From assembly GCA_022784505.1 (NCBI GenBank), contig JALFUQ010000056.1, positions 1,799 to 65,798 of the forward strand: DNA of 64,000 nucleotides, in the 5' to 3' direction. This stretch comes from Bacillota bacterium. Its GTDB lineage: Bacteria; Bacillota; Clostridia; Oscillospirales; Oscillospiraceae. Made by a program: the position numbers and the translations under genes. Below the pieces are notes generated by a model. It had not been told where the DNA came from, searched no databases, and worked only from the letters and a program-made list of their open reading frames with translations. Below, one piece after another: positions 10,220-19,911 of this stretch (position 1 is the first letter of the stretch; every line of letters begins with the position of its first letter).

Positions 10220-11926
10220 ATGGAAAAAAGTACTGATAAATATATAGGTAAGATACTCGACGACAGGTACGAGATACTTGAGCTCATCGGAACAGGCGGC
10301 ATGGCTAATGTCTATAAGGCGCTGTGCCACAGGCTCAATCGCTATGATGCGGTCAAGATAATGCGCGACGATACCGCTGCCGACGAATGCTTCAGAAAAC
10401 GTTTCAGGACCGAGTCACAGGCAGTTGCAATGCTGTCGCACCCGAATATCGTCTCGGTTTATGATGTGAGCCACAATGAGAATATTGAATACATCGTCAT
10501 GGAGCTTGTCGACGGCATCACCCTGAAGCAATACATGAAGGAGCACGGGGCTCTGCCCACAGACGAGGTGCTCAATTTCAGCATCCAGATTGCAAAGGCG
10601 CTCGCCCATGCGCACAGCAAGGGCATTATCCACCGTGATATCAAGCCGCAGAACGTCATGCTATTAAAGGACGGCCTTATCAAGGTCGCTGACTTCGGCA
10701 TTGCCGCCCTGCAAAATGATATCGAGGAATCGACAAACGAGACCGTGGGTTCTGTGCATTATATTGCTCCCGAGCAGGCGAGGGGCGCAGCAGCCGATGC
10801 AAGAAGTGATATATATTCACTCGGCATCGTCATGTACGAGATGATGACCGGCAGACTGCCGTATGTTGGCAAATCCGATGTAGAGGTTGCGGTCAAGCAC
10901 ATGAACACCGAGGCCGTACCCCCACGTACCATCGTGCCCGGGATTCCCGAGGAGTTGGAGCGCATTTGTCTCAAGGCAATGGCGACTGATATAACTGACC
11001 GTTACCAGTCGGCGGGTGAGCTGCTGTCAGACCTGGAGCAGTTCAGAAAACAGCTTGCCGAGGCTTCGGCGCTTAAAGCCGATGTATCCTCTCAGAGCAT
11101 TGAGACTGAGAATATAGAAGTCGAGGATGCAGGCAGAAGGAAGCGGAAGAAAAAGAGCAAGTTTGCTCTTGGCTCGGGCGTTATAGCCGTGCTGATACTC
11201 ATTATTCTTGTGTTCGTTTTTGTCAACGGCTATTTTATAAAGGATCTTTTCTCGACTCCCGATAAGGTCGATGTTCCGAGCTTCATTGGCAGATACTACG
11301 AGGATGTTATCAATGACGCTGATTATGAGAGTCAGTTCAAGTTCACCGTCACCGTCAAGGTCGACACCGAGCATGATTACGGAATAATCATTGAGCAGAA
11401 CCCGAAGGAGGGCGAAAGCAGAACGCTCAAGAATAAGGACGATAGGGCGGATGTTGAACTCGTTATTTCGTCGGGCAATGTCATTCAGGATGAAATTGAC
11501 GGTGAAAAGATCGTTCCGGATATTGTCAACAAAGAGTTTAACGAAGCGATACAGCTCGTTAAAAAGGCCGGATTTAATTATGAGATAAGCGAAGCACCGT
11601 CACAGAGCATCACCAAGGACTATGTTATCTATTCTAGTCCGGCAGCAGGAGAGTATGCAAATGCGGGCTCGGTCGTGACTATAACTGTCAGCACTGGCCC
11701 TGAGGAAGAGCTGACTGATGTCCCCAAGCTTGTCGGCCTTTCCAAAACTGCTGCTATCGATAAGATAGAAAGCAGCAAGCTCAGCGTAGGCTCGATCGAA
11801 ACTGTTGACAGCGAATACGAAGCCGGCACGGTAATTTGGCAGAGCCTTGAGGCCGGCAAGAGTGTCACCGCGCACACAAAAATAAGTATTCAGATATCCT
11901 CCGGCAGAACAGGCAGCGAGGCTTGA
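10220..11926 (+). CDS. prkC: Ser/Thr protein kinase with three PASTA repeats (PrkC-type)
   Basis: Hanks kinase motifs (GTGGMA, HRDIKPQN, DFG, APE), one TM and three PASTA-like repeats. The start could also be 10199 or 10202. Confidence 0.85.
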   Translation: MEKSTDKYIGKILDDRYEILELIGTGGMANVYKALCHRLNRYDAVKIMRDDTAADECFRKRFRTESQAVAMLSHPNIVSVYDVSHNENIEYIVMELVDGITLKQYMKEHGALPTDEVLNFSIQIAKALAHAHSKGIIHRDIKPQNVMLLKDGLIKVADFGIAALQNDIEESTNETVGSVHYIAPEQARGAAADARSDIYSLGIVMYEMMTGRLPYVGKSDVEVAVKHMNTEAVPPRTIVPGIPEELERICLKAMATDITDRYQSAGELLSDLEQFRKQLAEASALKADVSSQSIETENIEVEDAGRRKRKKKSKFALGSGVIAVLILIILVFVFVNGYFIKDLFSTPDKVDVPSFIGRYYEDVINDADYESQFKFTVTVKVDTEHDYGIIIEQNPKEGESRTLKNKDDRADVELVISSGNVIQDEIDGEKIVPDIVNKEFNEAIQLVKKAGFNYEISEAPSQSITKDYVIYSSPAAGEYANAGSVVTITVSTGPEEELTDVPKLVGLSKTAAIDKIESSKLSVGSIETVDSEYEAGTVIWQSLEAGKSVTAHTKISIQISSGRTGSEA

Positions 11927-11929
11927 TGT

Positions 11930-12808
11930 ATGGAGGGAACGATAATCAAGGCTCTAAGCGGCTTTTATTATGTCAGCTCCGAAGAGCAGGTTTATGAATG
12001 CAAGGCGCGGGGCAAATTCAGACTTGACGGCACCTCGCCTCTGGTCGGCGATAAGGTCAGCTTTGCGATAGATACAAATGGAAAAGGCTTTATAGACAAT
12101 GTGTTTGACAGGAAAAACAGCTTTATTAGACCCGCTGTAGCAAATATCGACGCTTTGGTCTTTGTTGCTGCAAACACAAATCCTGTAACAGATCCGTTCC
12201 TGATCGACCGCGTGTCAGTCATTGCCGAAGAAGCAGATTGCGACTTAATTGTCTGCATCAACAAGACTGATATCGACCCCGCCGACGAGCTTTACGCCAT
12301 ATATACCGGCGCGGGTTTTGAGACCCTGCGCACAAGCACTGTAACGGGCGAGGGGATACCCGAACTTAAAGCTGCACTAAAGGGCAAAATTTGCGCCTTT
12401 ACCGGCAACTCGGGTGTCGGGAAGTCGAGCATATTAAATTCTATCGTTCCGGAGTTCAACATCGAAGTCGCCGCCGTAAGCAATAAGCTCGGCCGCGGCA
12501 AGCACACAACGCGACACGTTGAGCTTTACGATATTGGAGATGATACGTTTATAGCCGATACTCCGGGCTTTGCCTCGTTTGACATCGAGATGATGCAGAC
12601 GATAGATAAGCGGGAGCTTCAGCACGATTTCAGGGATTTTAAAATGTATATCGGCAATTGTCGGTTTAATGACTGTGCCCATCTTAAAGAGCCCGGCTGC
12701 GCCGTGACCGAGGCGCTTCAAATCGGCGATATAATGCCAAGCCGATATCAGTCGTACAAACGCTTGTATGAGCTGAGCGCACAAAATAACTTTTGGGAGA
12801 ACAAATAA
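11930..12808 (+). CDS. rsgA: ribosome small-subunit-dependent GTPase A
   Basis: Circularly permuted GTPase (NKTD then GNSGVGKSS) with a C-terminal zinc knuckle CRFNDCAHLKEPGC. Confidence 0.9.
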   Translation: MEGTIIKALSGFYYVSSEEQVYECKARGKFRLDGTSPLVGDKVSFAIDTNGKGFIDNVFDRKNSFIRPAVANIDALVFVAANTNPVTDPFLIDRVSVIAEEADCDLIVCINKTDIDPADELYAIYTGAGFETLRTSTVTGEGIPELKAALKGKICAFTGNSGVGKSSILNSIVPEFNIEVAAVSNKLGRGKHTTRHVELYDIGDDTFIADTPGFASFDIEMMQTIDKRELQHDFRDFKMYIGNCRFNDCAHLKEPGCAVTEALQIGDIMPSRYQSYKRLYELSAQNNFWENK

Positions 12809-12813
12809 TTGAT

Positions 12814-12862
12814 CCGCCTTCCGCATAGAGTTTACTAACGCTGTGCAGGGAGGCGGTTTTTT
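12814..12862 (+). terminator. possible rho-independent terminator after rsgA
   Basis: CCGCCTTCC pairs with GGGAGGCGG (9 bp with one G-U), followed by TTTTTT. The loop is long at about 25 nt, so this is only moderately convincing. Confidence 0.4.
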
Positions 12863-13013
12863 GCATAAAGGTGGGCATTCAATCATAGCCATAATCGCAA
12901 TACTACTCGGAATAGTCATAATACTATCCCTGGTTTTGCCGTCTCAGTTTTGGTGGTTTGCCTTGGCAGCCGGACTTATATCGTTTGGGATATGGCTCAA
13001 CAGGTGCAGATAA
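12861..13013 (+). CDS. hypothetical 50-aa two-TM membrane peptide (not in the ORF track, below its size cutoff)
   Basis: My own translation from TTG at 12861 is MHKGGHSIIAIIAILLGIVIILSLVLPSQFWWFALAAGLISFGIWLNRCR, ending at TAA 13011-13013. GGGAGG lies 7 nt upstream, but that same sequence is the 3' arm of the rsgA terminator. Confidence 0.25.
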   Translation: MHKGGHSIIAIIAILLGIVIILSLVLPSQFWWFALAAGLISFGIWLNRCR

Positions 13014-13015
13014 TC

Positions 13016-13044
13016 GAATATCGCAGAACTTGGACTCATAGAAT
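13016..13044 (+). promoter_or_regulatory. putative sigma-E-type promoter of the SipL-like gene
   Basis: GAATAT-N15-CATAGAAT lies about 30 nt upstream of the start. It resembles the Bacillus SigE consensus (kmATAww / CATACAmT) and has the same architecture as the site at 28835. Confidence 0.35.
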
Positions 13045-13074
13045 GTACAAAATACAATAACGAGGGAGTAGCAT

Positions 13075-14562
13075 ATGGATATTTCACTTGAACGAAGGTT
13101 TTTAAGCAGCTTTAAGCTGATAGGTAGCGCAAAAAAAGTATGCGATGTCAGCTCTGATATCGTTGTGCCTGATACTAGAGAGGACATCCTCCGAGTTATA
13201 ATGACAAATGCCGATTACTCGATACGCTCAAAGGATGTTGAGTCCGGCAGAGTGGTAGTGCATGGTGAACTTAAGGCTACAGTAGTATATGTACCCGAAT
13301 CCGGAGATGGTCTTAGCACACTTGGCACGAACATTCCATTTGAATGTGAGTTCGAGGTCGAGTCTGCCGACAGCGGCTGTGGAGTAATCGTTGATTTGAG
13401 CATAATCTCTGTAGATACAAGGATACTCAACCCGAGAAAGGTCATGATAAATGCACAAGTCGAGGTAAGCCAAAAATGCTACTGCAATTGTGATTTCAGC
13501 TGGTATACTGCGCCGCAGGAGGCACCAAAGAACACATTTTTCAAAAAATGCAGCTCAGAAATCAGGCTCATTAACCTTGTGACCGAAAAGACCTTCTCGC
13601 TTGAAAATGACTTCGCGATGCAGGGTGCTGACAATGCTTCGCATCTCATAGCAGCGCCTGTCTCTTTCTGCGTAGATTCTGCCGAGACGGTCGGTTCTAA
13701 GCTGATAGTCAAAGGTCATACAGACATTAAAGGCGTTTTTTGCAGCGGAGGGAATATAGAGACAGGCGAGACGACAGTTAGCTTCTCTCAGATATTCGAG
13801 CTTCCCGAACGGGATATCGTGCCCGACTACACGGTCAGTATACTGCCGACAGGTGATTTCTTTGAGCTCAACGACGGCAATGTTTCCTTTGAGATACATG
13901 CAGTTATGCAGATAGTCTGTTCCGAGACAAAAGTCATCGATTATGTTGAGGATGCATATGTTTGCGGCGCGGAAACAATACTTGAGCAGGAGGATAAAAC
14001 CGTTTGTACAGCAGAGAGAATGATTTGTCAAACTGAAGCTGTGCAGCTTGATCACTCCGCCGATTTCGATATAGATAAGGTCCTTTACATGTCCGGCACC
14101 GTCGGAACGCCGAAGGCAGCAGACGGCAAACTGACCGTACCGCTGACGGTCGAGGCGATTTGTGCATCGGTCGACGAGCAGATACGGTCGGTTAAGCTTC
14201 ACGGCAGTGTTAAGTTTGAACTTGAATTCGGTGAAAACGAGAGAATTGGCTGCATAACAGCCAAAATTGCCTCACTAAAATCAAATATAAGCGCCAGTGA
14301 TATATGCGTAACAGCAACCGTTTCATCGCAGGTTCAGCTGATGCAATTCAGATCCTTGCAGATAATCAGCTCCCTGACAGTCAACGAGCCGGAAACTACT
14401 GCGCAGACACCGTCTGTATATATGTGCATACCAAACGAAAATGATCTTTGGTGCGTCGCAAAGCGCTATAGTTCGGATACCGACATGATAATTGCACTTA
14501 ACGCTTTGGATGAAAACGATGATATAAGCGGCAGACTTCTTATAGTCCCGAGAATAAAATAA
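13075..14562 (+). CDS. DUF3794 (SPOCS)-repeat protein with C-terminal LysM domain, SipL/SafA-like spore morphogenetic protein
   Basis: DUF3794-like segments (VVPDTREDILRVIMTNADYSIRSKDVESGRVVVHGELKATVVYVPE) and a C-terminal LysM (DLWCVAKRYSSDTDMIIALNAL...GRLLIVP), with GAGGGAG RBS. Confidence 0.6.
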   Translation: MDISLERRFLSSFKLIGSAKKVCDVSSDIVVPDTREDILRVIMTNADYSIRSKDVESGRVVVHGELKATVVYVPESGDGLSTLGTNIPFECEFEVESADSGCGVIVDLSIISVDTRILNPRKVMINAQVEVSQKCYCNCDFSWYTAPQEAPKNTFFKKCSSEIRLINLVTEKTFSLENDFAMQGADNASHLIAAPVSFCVDSAETVGSKLIVKGHTDIKGVFCSGGNIETGETTVSFSQIFELPERDIVPDYTVSILPTGDFFELNDGNVSFEIHAVMQIVCSETKVIDYVEDAYVCGAETILEQEDKTVCTAERMICQTEAVQLDHSADFDIDKVLYMSGTVGTPKAADGKLTVPLTVEAICASVDEQIRSVKLHGSVKFELEFGENERIGCITAKIASLKSNISASDICVTATVSSQVQLMQFRSLQIISSLTVNEPETTAQTPSVYMCIPNENDLWCVAKRYSSDTDMIIALNALDENDDISGRLLIVPRIK

Positions 14563-14569
14563 CTAGATC

Positions 14570-14606
14570 AAAAAAGCTCCGCAATGCGATGCATTGCGGA
14601 GCTTAA
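14570..14606. terminator. bidirectional terminator between convergent genes
   Basis: 13-bp perfect stem AGCTCCGCAATGC / GCATTGCGGAGCT with a 3-nt loop, flanked by an A-run and TT. Confidence 0.7.
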
Positions 14607-14618
14607 ACTCTATTCAGT

Positions 14619-15671
14619 TTACCATGTAACGCTACCGGAACCGTCCAACGGTGCGATGCTTATAAAAGTCTTGCCGACGCCGAGAGCGAGGGGAGTGCCA
14701 TCGGTAAGAGTGTAATGGAAGCTGTCATTACGGTCTGCACGCTCCCAATTGATCTCAACATACTTACCGCCGGTGCAGAAGAAGCCTGTGCCGGAACCGA
14801 CAAGATTCATTTCACGGTGACCCTTGTTATCAACTACCTTGTTGCTGACGTTAAGGATGATGACATTTGCGAAGTCGATGTGGGTGTCGTTGCCATCAGT
14901 GTATTCTTTGTCGCTTATATACGCGTTGTAGCATTTGCGCTCGGCATCATACTTCATAGTAGTCGAAGTGCTGCTGATGTACTTGATAGTGAATTCCTTA
15001 GATTCCTTATCGCACTGAGATGCAGCATCGTGGCTGAAGATAAGACCGTACTTGGTGTCATAGCCCTCTGCATGCTCGGTATCAAAATGCTTCTCTGCGT
15101 ACTCGGCTATCTTGTCGCCCTTAGCATAGAGGGTGTGCTCGTAGCTCACACGGCCGACTCTGTCCTTATCGCGTATCCATGCGCTGCCGCCTTCACCGAA
15201 GGTAGCGTCAATGTCGCTCACGCCGTACTGCTTGATATCGCTTCGTGCCTGCTTGCTGTGTCCGCAATGGACATAAATTGCATCATATGCCTGAACAAGG
15301 CTGACATAGTAGGGGCGCGCACTGCGGATATATCCGACATCGATTTCGCTTATATCTGTAAACACAGCCATCATACGGGTTATATCACCTTCAACAAGCG
15401 CCTCATAAACAATGCCTGCGTTAGCAAGCCCCTTACAAGGACGGGCGCTGGGGTGGTTATTTATCATAACACAGTAGGGACGTGCAGAGCTTGCGTCTGC
15501 CTCAACGGTTTCACCGGTAAGCGGATTGATGGGACCGGAGACGACCTCGTTTACGGCAAGTCCATTAGTGTCCACACTGGGAGCTTTGCCATTACCTTCT
15601 GTTTTGCTGCAGCCGGTGAAAAGGAGGCAAACGCAGCAAACTGTCAGAAGAATTGAGAGTAATCGTTTCAA
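14619..15671 (-). CDS. DUF3048 (YerB-like) lipoprotein
   Basis: The TTG at 15671 gives MKRLLSILLTVCCVCLLFTGCS, a classic lipobox signal, with GAGG 9 nt upstream. The body has RPYCVMINNHPSARP..GIVYEALVEGDITRMMAVF, typical of DUF3048. The ORF-track start at 15710 is possible. Confidence 0.7.
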   Translation of the reverse strand: MKRLLSILLTVCCVCLLFTGCSKTEGNGKAPSVDTNGLAVNEVVSGPINPLTGETVEADASSARPYCVMINNHPSARPCKGLANAGIVYEALVEGDITRMMAVFTDISEIDVGYIRSARPYYVSLVQAYDAIYVHCGHSKQARSDIKQYGVSDIDATFGEGGSAWIRDKDRVGRVSYEHTLYAKGDKIAEYAEKHFDTEHAEGYDTKYGLIFSHDAASQCDKESKEFTIKYISSTSTTMKYDAERKCYNAYISDKEYTDGNDTHIDFANVIILNVSNKVVDNKGHREMNLVGSGTGFFCTGGKYVEINWERADRNDSFHYTLTDGTPLALGVGKTFISIAPLDGSGSVTW

Positions 15672-15778
15672 ATCGAAACACCTCGCATTCAGTAGATTTT
15701 TGCTATACAATAATACTACGATATAGCCTGGTTGTCAAATGTTCAAATGTGTGCTAATATAACTTCGGAGATGATATT

Positions 15779-16315
15779 ATGAATATTTCTTTAGATACAA
15801 AAAACGCAATTACAGAGCTCGTTGAGAAGGCTAAGCTCAAGAAGGGCGACCTTGTTGTTGTGGGCTGCTCGTCCAGCGAGATACTCGGAGAGTGCATAGG
15901 AAAGGGTTCATCGCCCGAAACGGGATTTGAAGTCGCAACGACCGTTTTATCCGTTTTAAACGACAAGGGCATATATCTTGCTGCTCAGTGCTGCGAGCAC
16001 TTGAACCGTGCACTTGTTATCGAGAGAGAAGCGGCGGAAAAGTATATGCTCGAGGAGGTCTGCGTTCGTCCTATGCCGAAAGCCGGCGGCTCGTTTGCAA
16101 CGGCTGTGTATGACAACATGAAAGATCCTGTTGTTGTTGAGCATGTCAAAGCCAAAGCCGGACTTGATATTGGCTGCACACTTATAGGCATGCATTTAAA
16201 GGATGTCGCCGTTCCGCTGCGGCTCACAGTCAAGACTATAGGCTGTGCAAGCGTGAATGCGGCATATACGAGGCCAAAGCTCATAGGCGGCGTAAGAGCT
16301 CATTATCCTGAATAA
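15779..16315 (+). CDS. TIGR01440/UPF0340 (YwlG-like) family protein
   Basis: GDLVVVGCSSSEI.G and AAQCCEHLNRALV motifs. Confidence 0.7.
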   Translation: MNISLDTKNAITELVEKAKLKKGDLVVVGCSSSEILGECIGKGSSPETGFEVATTVLSVLNDKGIYLAAQCCEHLNRALVIEREAAEKYMLEEVCVRPMPKAGGSFATAVYDNMKDPVVVEHVKAKAGLDIGCTLIGMHLKDVAVPLRLTVKTIGCASVNAAYTRPKLIGGVRAHYPE

Positions 16316-16332
16316 TTTGAATTAGTAATAAT

Positions 16333-16359
16333 AAAAAAGGACACTAAGTGTCCTTTTTT
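16333..16359. terminator. bidirectional terminator
   Basis: AAAAAAGGACAC-TAA-GTGTCCTTTTTT lies between convergent genes. Confidence 0.7.
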
Positions 16360-16360
16360 A

Positions 16361-17254
16361 TTACTTTAATATGATACCGCACTCGGTCATTGTTTTCAAA
16401 AGGCGATTCTCGTTCGGCTGATACATAGTTGTCAGCGGAAGGCGAAGCTTGCCGTTATCGAGCCCCATATGCTTCATCGCAGTCTTAATGGGAATGGGAT
16501 TTGTCTCTATAAACAGGTCGGAAAACAGAGCAGCATACTTGAAATACAGCATTTTTGCCTCGGCGAAGTTACCCTCAAGGCACAGCTCGCACAGCTTTGC
16601 AACAGCGCCGGGTACGATGTTTGATGCGACCGATATTACGCCGAGAGCACCCATCGCCATCATCGGCACGGTGTTGTCATCGTTGCCGCTCCAGATATAT
16701 AGATCATCGCCGCAAATTGCTCTTGTCATGGCAAAAAGACTGAAATCGCCTGATGCTTCCTTGATACCATTGATGTTTGGGTGCTCGGACAGCTTTTTGT
16801 ATGTGTCGGCTTTGATTCCGATACTTGTTCTGCTGGGCACATTATATACGATCATAGGGATATCGATTCTGTCGGCAACATATGTAAAGTGCTCGACCAG
16901 GCCCTTTTGTGTTGTTTTGTTATAGTAGGGCGTGACCATCAGAATTCCGTCGGCATCGCATCTCATTGCGCATTGTGCAAAGTTAAGCGCCTTTTTTGTA
17001 TCATTGCTGCCGACGCCGGCGATTATCTTCATTCGCCCATCGTTGTAGCGGCACACAAATTCTATCAGAGCCTCGTGCTCATATCGGGTCATGGTGGCGT
17101 TTTCACCCGTAGTACCGCAGACAACGATCGCCGCAGTACCGTTATCATACTGAAAATCTATGAGCTCCTTCATTTTCTCGAAGTTTATACCGTGCTCGTC
17201 AAATGACGTGACTATTGCGGTACACGAGCCTTTAAATATTGGTGTTTTGACCAT
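16361..17254 (-). CDS. dapA: 4-hydroxy-tetrahydrodipicolinate synthase
   Basis: The start MVKTPIFKGSCTAIVTSF follows a GGAGGC RBS. GTTGE, the YNVP motif and the IKEASG lysine region are present. The 47-codon upstream extension in the ORF track was rejected. Confidence 0.85.
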   Translation of the reverse strand: MVKTPIFKGSCTAIVTSFDEHGINFEKMKELIDFQYDNGTAAIVVCGTTGENATMTRYEHEALIEFVCRYNDGRMKIIAGVGSNDTKKALNFAQCAMRCDADGILMVTPYYNKTTQKGLVEHFTYVADRIDIPMIVYNVPSRTSIGIKADTYKKLSEHPNINGIKEASGDFSLFAMTRAICGDDLYIWSGNDDNTVPMMAMGALGVISVASNIVPGAVAKLCELCLEGNFAEAKMLYFKYAALFSDLFIETNPIPIKTAMKHMGLDNGKLRLPLTTMYQPNENRLLKTMTECGIILK

Positions 17255-17388
17255 AGTAAGCCTCCGATCATTGATAACTGCCATTAATATATTCATTTGC
17301 ATGCCGGCGTATGATATATAATCGTTGAAATTGCTGCGTTTCCGTATTATAATAAAAATCTGCAGAATATAGATAAGGAACAGGCAAT

Positions 17389-18873
17389 ATGTCAAATACG
17401 GTCAAAAAACTAATAGCGTTTGCGTTAACGGCTTGCTTGACATTGGCGGCTGCACCGACTGCAAACGCAGCAGAAGCGGAGGCACCTGCACCCGCATATT
17501 TTGACCTGCCCGTAACTGTTGACACGATAAGGGTCGGCCTGAACTTCGGCAGCTCTGCCTTATATGAAGCAAAGCTTCTCAATAGTGTCGGCAGTGGATA
17601 TCTTTTCGGCTATTTCGACTATTCCCGGCAGTTTCATGAGCTCGGCAAGACCGAGGTCACGGCGCTGTCAATGCGAGGAGACAATGGCTTTACGTTGCCT
17701 GACGGCATGGTCGTTGGACCTTGGCACATGGTGCTTAATAAGCAGTTTAATGACTTTGATTCAGCCAAGGAATTTGCCTCAGCACTTTGGGGCGGCTTCC
17801 CGGGGTATATAGACGGGGAGTACAAGGTACTCGTCGGCGCGTATGCCGATGAGGCAAAAACATTGACGGCTATTAAAAGCCGAAGCTTGGACGCAGAGCC
17901 CTTTACCGGCAGCAAATATTCCATACTGGCTGCCGAGACCGATACCTCAGAGCTGCAATTTCTGTTGGATGTCGGCGAGGACACAAATCTGGCGGTCAGA
18001 CCCGTCTCAAGCTCAGAAAAAGCCGAAACATGGTTTGCCGGAAATGCATACCACGGCGACTTTCAGTATATCCGCACGGGCAGTGCGCTGACGGTTATAA
18101 ACTATGTTGACCTTGAGGATTACGTTATGGGCGTTCTGCCGTATGAAATGCACGGCGACTGGCCGCAGGAGGCGCTGAAGGCTCAGGGCACATGCGCCCG
18201 AACCTATGCAATGAACAACATAAACGCTTACATAGACCGCGGCTTTGATGTCAGAAACGACACTTACAGTCAGGTCTACCGCGGCGTAACGGGAACAACC
18301 GAGAGCACAAATATGGCTGCTGCCGCAACAGCGGGAGAGTATGTTCGATACAGGGGATCAGTGTGCAAGGTGTATTACATGTCGTCTGATGGCGGGGCCA
18401 CCGACAGTAGTGCAAATGTTTTTTCACAAAAGCGCGCGTACCTGAGCGGCGTTAAAGACGATAATGAAAAGAATATCGAATACTATAACAAGTCGTGGAA
18501 GACTGAGCTATACGATGCCAATGTGCTGTACAGGCTTGCCCTGAGCGACTATGAACTTGATGATATAGCCAATATCAAAGCCACTAAATCCGATATGGGC
18601 AATGTGATACAGCTCGTATTTAACGATACAAATGGCAAAACGGTTACGCTTTTGGGTGAGGACTGCTTCAGAATCATGGGCTTTAACAGCCTTCGATACA
18701 ATGTCACCAGCTATAAAAATGAGCAAGGCGAGCGTATTTGGGTGTTCAAAGGCAGCGGCTGGGGACATAATTGCGGCATGAGCCAGTGGGGCGCATATGC
18801 AATGGCACTAAATAAGAACGCCAGCAGCAAAGAAATAATTGATTTTTATTTTAGCGGAGCATATTTAGGATGA
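17389..18873 (+). CDS. SpoIID/LytB domain protein with signal peptide and SPOR-like segment
   Basis: Signal peptide with AAPTANA, then the SpoIID motifs [33 protein letters not shown] and SSDGGAT. Confidence 0.8.
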   Translation: MSNTVKKLIAFALTACLTLAAAPTANAAEAEAPAPAYFDLPVTVDTIRVGLNFGSSALYEAKLLNSVGSGYLFGYFDYSRQFHELGKTEVTALSMRGDNGFTLPDGMVVGPWHMVLNKQFNDFDSAKEFASALWGGFPGYIDGEYKVLVGAYADEAKTLTAIKSRSLDAEPFTGSKYSILAAETDTSELQFLLDVGEDTNLAVRPVSSSEKAETWFAGNAYHGDFQYIRTGSALTVINYVDLEDYVMGVLPYEMHGDWPQEALKAQGTCARTYAMNNINAYIDRGFDVRNDTYSQVYRGVTGTTESTNMAAAATAGEYVRYRGSVCKVYYMSSDGGATDSSANVFSQKRAYLSGVKDDNEKNIEYYNKSWKTELYDANVLYRLALSDYELDDIANIKATKSDMGNVIQLVFNDTNGKTVTLLGEDCFRIMGFNSLRYNVTSYKNEQGERIWVFKGSGWGHNCGMSQWGAYAMALNKNASSKEIIDFYFSGAYLG

Positions 18874-19892
18874 ACAAATCAGATTTTGACTTTTACCTGC
18901 CGGAGGAGCTGATCGCGCAGACTCCGCTTGAAAAGAGGGATACATCACGCCTTTTACATTTAGACAAGCAGACAGGCGAGATCGAGCACAAGCATTTTTA
19001 CGATATCAAGCAGTACCTCCACGCGGGCGATTGCCTAGTGCTGAACGACTCAAGAGTGTTGCCTGCAAGGCTCATTGGCTCAAGGCCGACTGGCGGCGCG
19101 GTCGAACTCGTTTTGCTCAAGGATATCGGCGATAATCGCTGGGAGTGCCTGAGCCGCCCTGGCAGAAAGACTAAGCCCGGTCAGGAGCTTATCTTCGGAA
19201 ACAGCGAGCTGACAGCAGTTGTGCAGGAAGTGACGCTGGGCGGCAACAGGATCGTCAAGTTCAGCTACGAGGGCATATTCCTTGAAATTCTCGAGCGTTT
19301 GGGCAAAATGCCGCTTCCCCCGTACATAAAGGAAGAATTGCAGGACTCCGAACGCTATCAAACCGTTTACTCCAAGGAGCTCGGCAGCGCCGCTGCACCG
19401 ACGGCTGGTCTTCATTTTACAAAGGAGCTTTTAGCTGAGATAGAAGACGTGGGCGTTAAGATATGCTATGTGACGCTGCATGTCGGGCTTGGTACTTTCA
19501 GGCCCGTGAAGGCCGATAAGATTGAAGATCACGAGATGCACTCCGAGTTTTGCATCGTACCCGAGGAAACCGCCGAGACTGTCAACGCCGTCAAGAGGGC
19601 AGGAGGCAGGGTCATTGCCGTTGGCACGACCTCATGCCGCACGCTTGAAAGCTTCACAACACAGGACGGCACACTTCAGGCGACCTCCGGCTGGACTAAT
19701 ATCTTTATTTACCCGGGATATAAGTTTAAGTGTATCGATGCACTTATAACAAACTTCCACCTTCCGGAGAGCACGCTTATTATGCTCGTGTCCGCCCTGG
19801 CAGGCAGGGAGCATATTCTCAACGCATACAACACGGCAGTCAAGCAGCGGTATCGCTTTTTCTCGTTTGGCGATGCCATGTTCATCGAATAA
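18870..19892 (+). CDS. queA: S-adenosylmethionine:tRNA ribosyltransferase-isomerase
   Basis: [25 protein letters not shown] and FFSFGDAM motifs. Confidence 0.9.
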   Translation: MNKSDFDFYLPEELIAQTPLEKRDTSRLLHLDKQTGEIEHKHFYDIKQYLHAGDCLVLNDSRVLPARLIGSRPTGGAVELVLLKDIGDNRWECLSRPGRKTKPGQELIFGNSELTAVVQEVTLGGNRIVKFSYEGIFLEILERLGKMPLPPYIKEELQDSERYQTVYSKELGSAAAPTAGLHFTKELLAEIEDVGVKICYVTLHVGLGTFRPVKADKIEDHEMHSEFCIVPEETAETVNAVKRAGGRVIAVGTTSCRTLESFTTQDGTLQATSGWTNIFIYPGYKFKCIDALITNFHLPESTLIMLVSALAGREHILNAYNTAVKQRYRFFSFGDAMFIE

Positions 19893-19911
19893 TCAGTAAG
19901 GCAGGAAACCT

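Noticed and set aside
17255-17388. Possible lysine (L-box) riboswitch upstream of dapA.
   Set aside because: The gap is only about 130 nt and is shared with the divergent spoIID-like gene. I found none of the conserved L-box helices or motifs.
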